Assembly (NCBI GenBank): GCA_050309735.1
Contig: JBNRMS010000030.1
Coordinates: forward strand, 1 to 62,990
Direction: 5' to 3'
Source of the DNA: Eubacteriales bacterium
Lineage (GTDB): Bacteria > Bacillota > Clostridia > Oscillospirales > CAG-272
DNA: 62,990 bases
The stretch's first letter is position 1. Each line of letters begins with the position of its first letter. Below, piece after piece: positions 62,856-62,990 of this stretch. The translations under genes and the position numbers were made by a program. Below the pieces are notes generated by a model. That model was not told the origin of the DNA. It ran no database searches and worked only from the letters and a program-made list of their open reading frames with translations.

Positions 62856-62884
62856 TTGACAACGACAAAATGCTGTGGTAGAAT
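62856..62884 (+). promoter_or_regulatory. Strong promoter with rRNA-operon-like leader running off the right edge
   Basis: TTGACA, 17 nt (ending TGg), TAGAAT, followed by ...GGTCATTGAAAATTGAACAACACACATAGC... This resembles the pre-16S leaders of Firmicute rrn operons. No protein ORF follows. Confidence 0.6.
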
Positions 62885-62990
62885 AATCGGGCTGCCTGAA
62901 AACCGGCGGTGAAATCGGTCATTGAAAATTGAACAACACACATAGCGGAGAAATCCGCTGTGGCGAGACAAAGTACAAAGTAAGTAAGTA

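Noticed and set aside
62780-62971. 63-aa minus-strand ORF at the right edge.
   Set aside because: It lies across a consensus plus-strand promoter and an rRNA-type leader, and has no RBS.

Overview
This 62,990-bp chromosomal window looks like a spore-forming Firmicute of the Clostridia type. Support for that: spoIIE, GGAGG-type ribosome-binding sites, TTGACA/TATAAT promoters, and moderately GC-rich coding sequence with many antisense shadow ORFs. I support about 55 protein genes, 4 tRNAs, one lysine riboswitch, and the promoter and leader of an rRNA operon at the right edge.

Gene content, left to right:
- A partial GH78-like glycosidase that runs off the left edge and is therefore missing from the ORF track.
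- A DtxR/MntR regulator, then folD, lgt, a two-gene M16 peptidase pair, tadA and a CPBP protease.
- feoA-feoA-feoB plus an untracked 58-aa Cys-rich ORF, then tRNA-Arg(CCG).
- A zinc-ribbon membrane protein, an esterase/HxxxD-acyltransferase fusion, a tyrosine phosphatase and an ABC-2 exporter.
- An EEP nuclease/phosphatase, a sulfatase, a Gfo/Idh/MocA oxidoreductase with a TIM-barrel isomerase, and a second ABC pair with an unknown protein and an M14-like peptidase.
- spoIIE, a SLOG/DUF1273 protein, an M23 peptidase, DUF368, a DMT transporter, a DUF4153-like protein, a FliB-like protein, an Mbeg1-like lipase and a small lipoprotein.
- tRNA-Gly/Arg/His, yqeG, an endonuclease IV-like protein, an aminopeptidase P, and a Tudor-like/CarD-like gene pair.
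- proA and proC, then an L-box controlling dapA-dapB-ddh.
- A seven-gene phage head/packaging cassette, then an Mrp ATPase, a 3-methyladenine glycosylase and a ribokinase.

Most unusual observations:
1. The phage cassette is fully open but orphan. It has a small and large terminase, a portal, a scaffold and a capsid, but no integrase, tail, lysis or replication genes.
2. A dispersed ~90-nt repeat family carries its own extended -10 box and a covarying 9-bp hairpin. Two inverted copies bracket the DUF368 gene.
3. A GC-hairpin plus Shine-Dalgarno leader module is shared by host genes and the phage cassette.
4. A 20-bp perfect inverted repeat pair brackets the 7.4-kb pro/dap segment next to the cassette.
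5. Paired DtxR-like palindromes lie in the feo operon.

I saw no CRISPR array, recombinase, transposase, reverse transcriptase or recognisable defence gene. All family calls rest on motifs read by eye, not on database searches.
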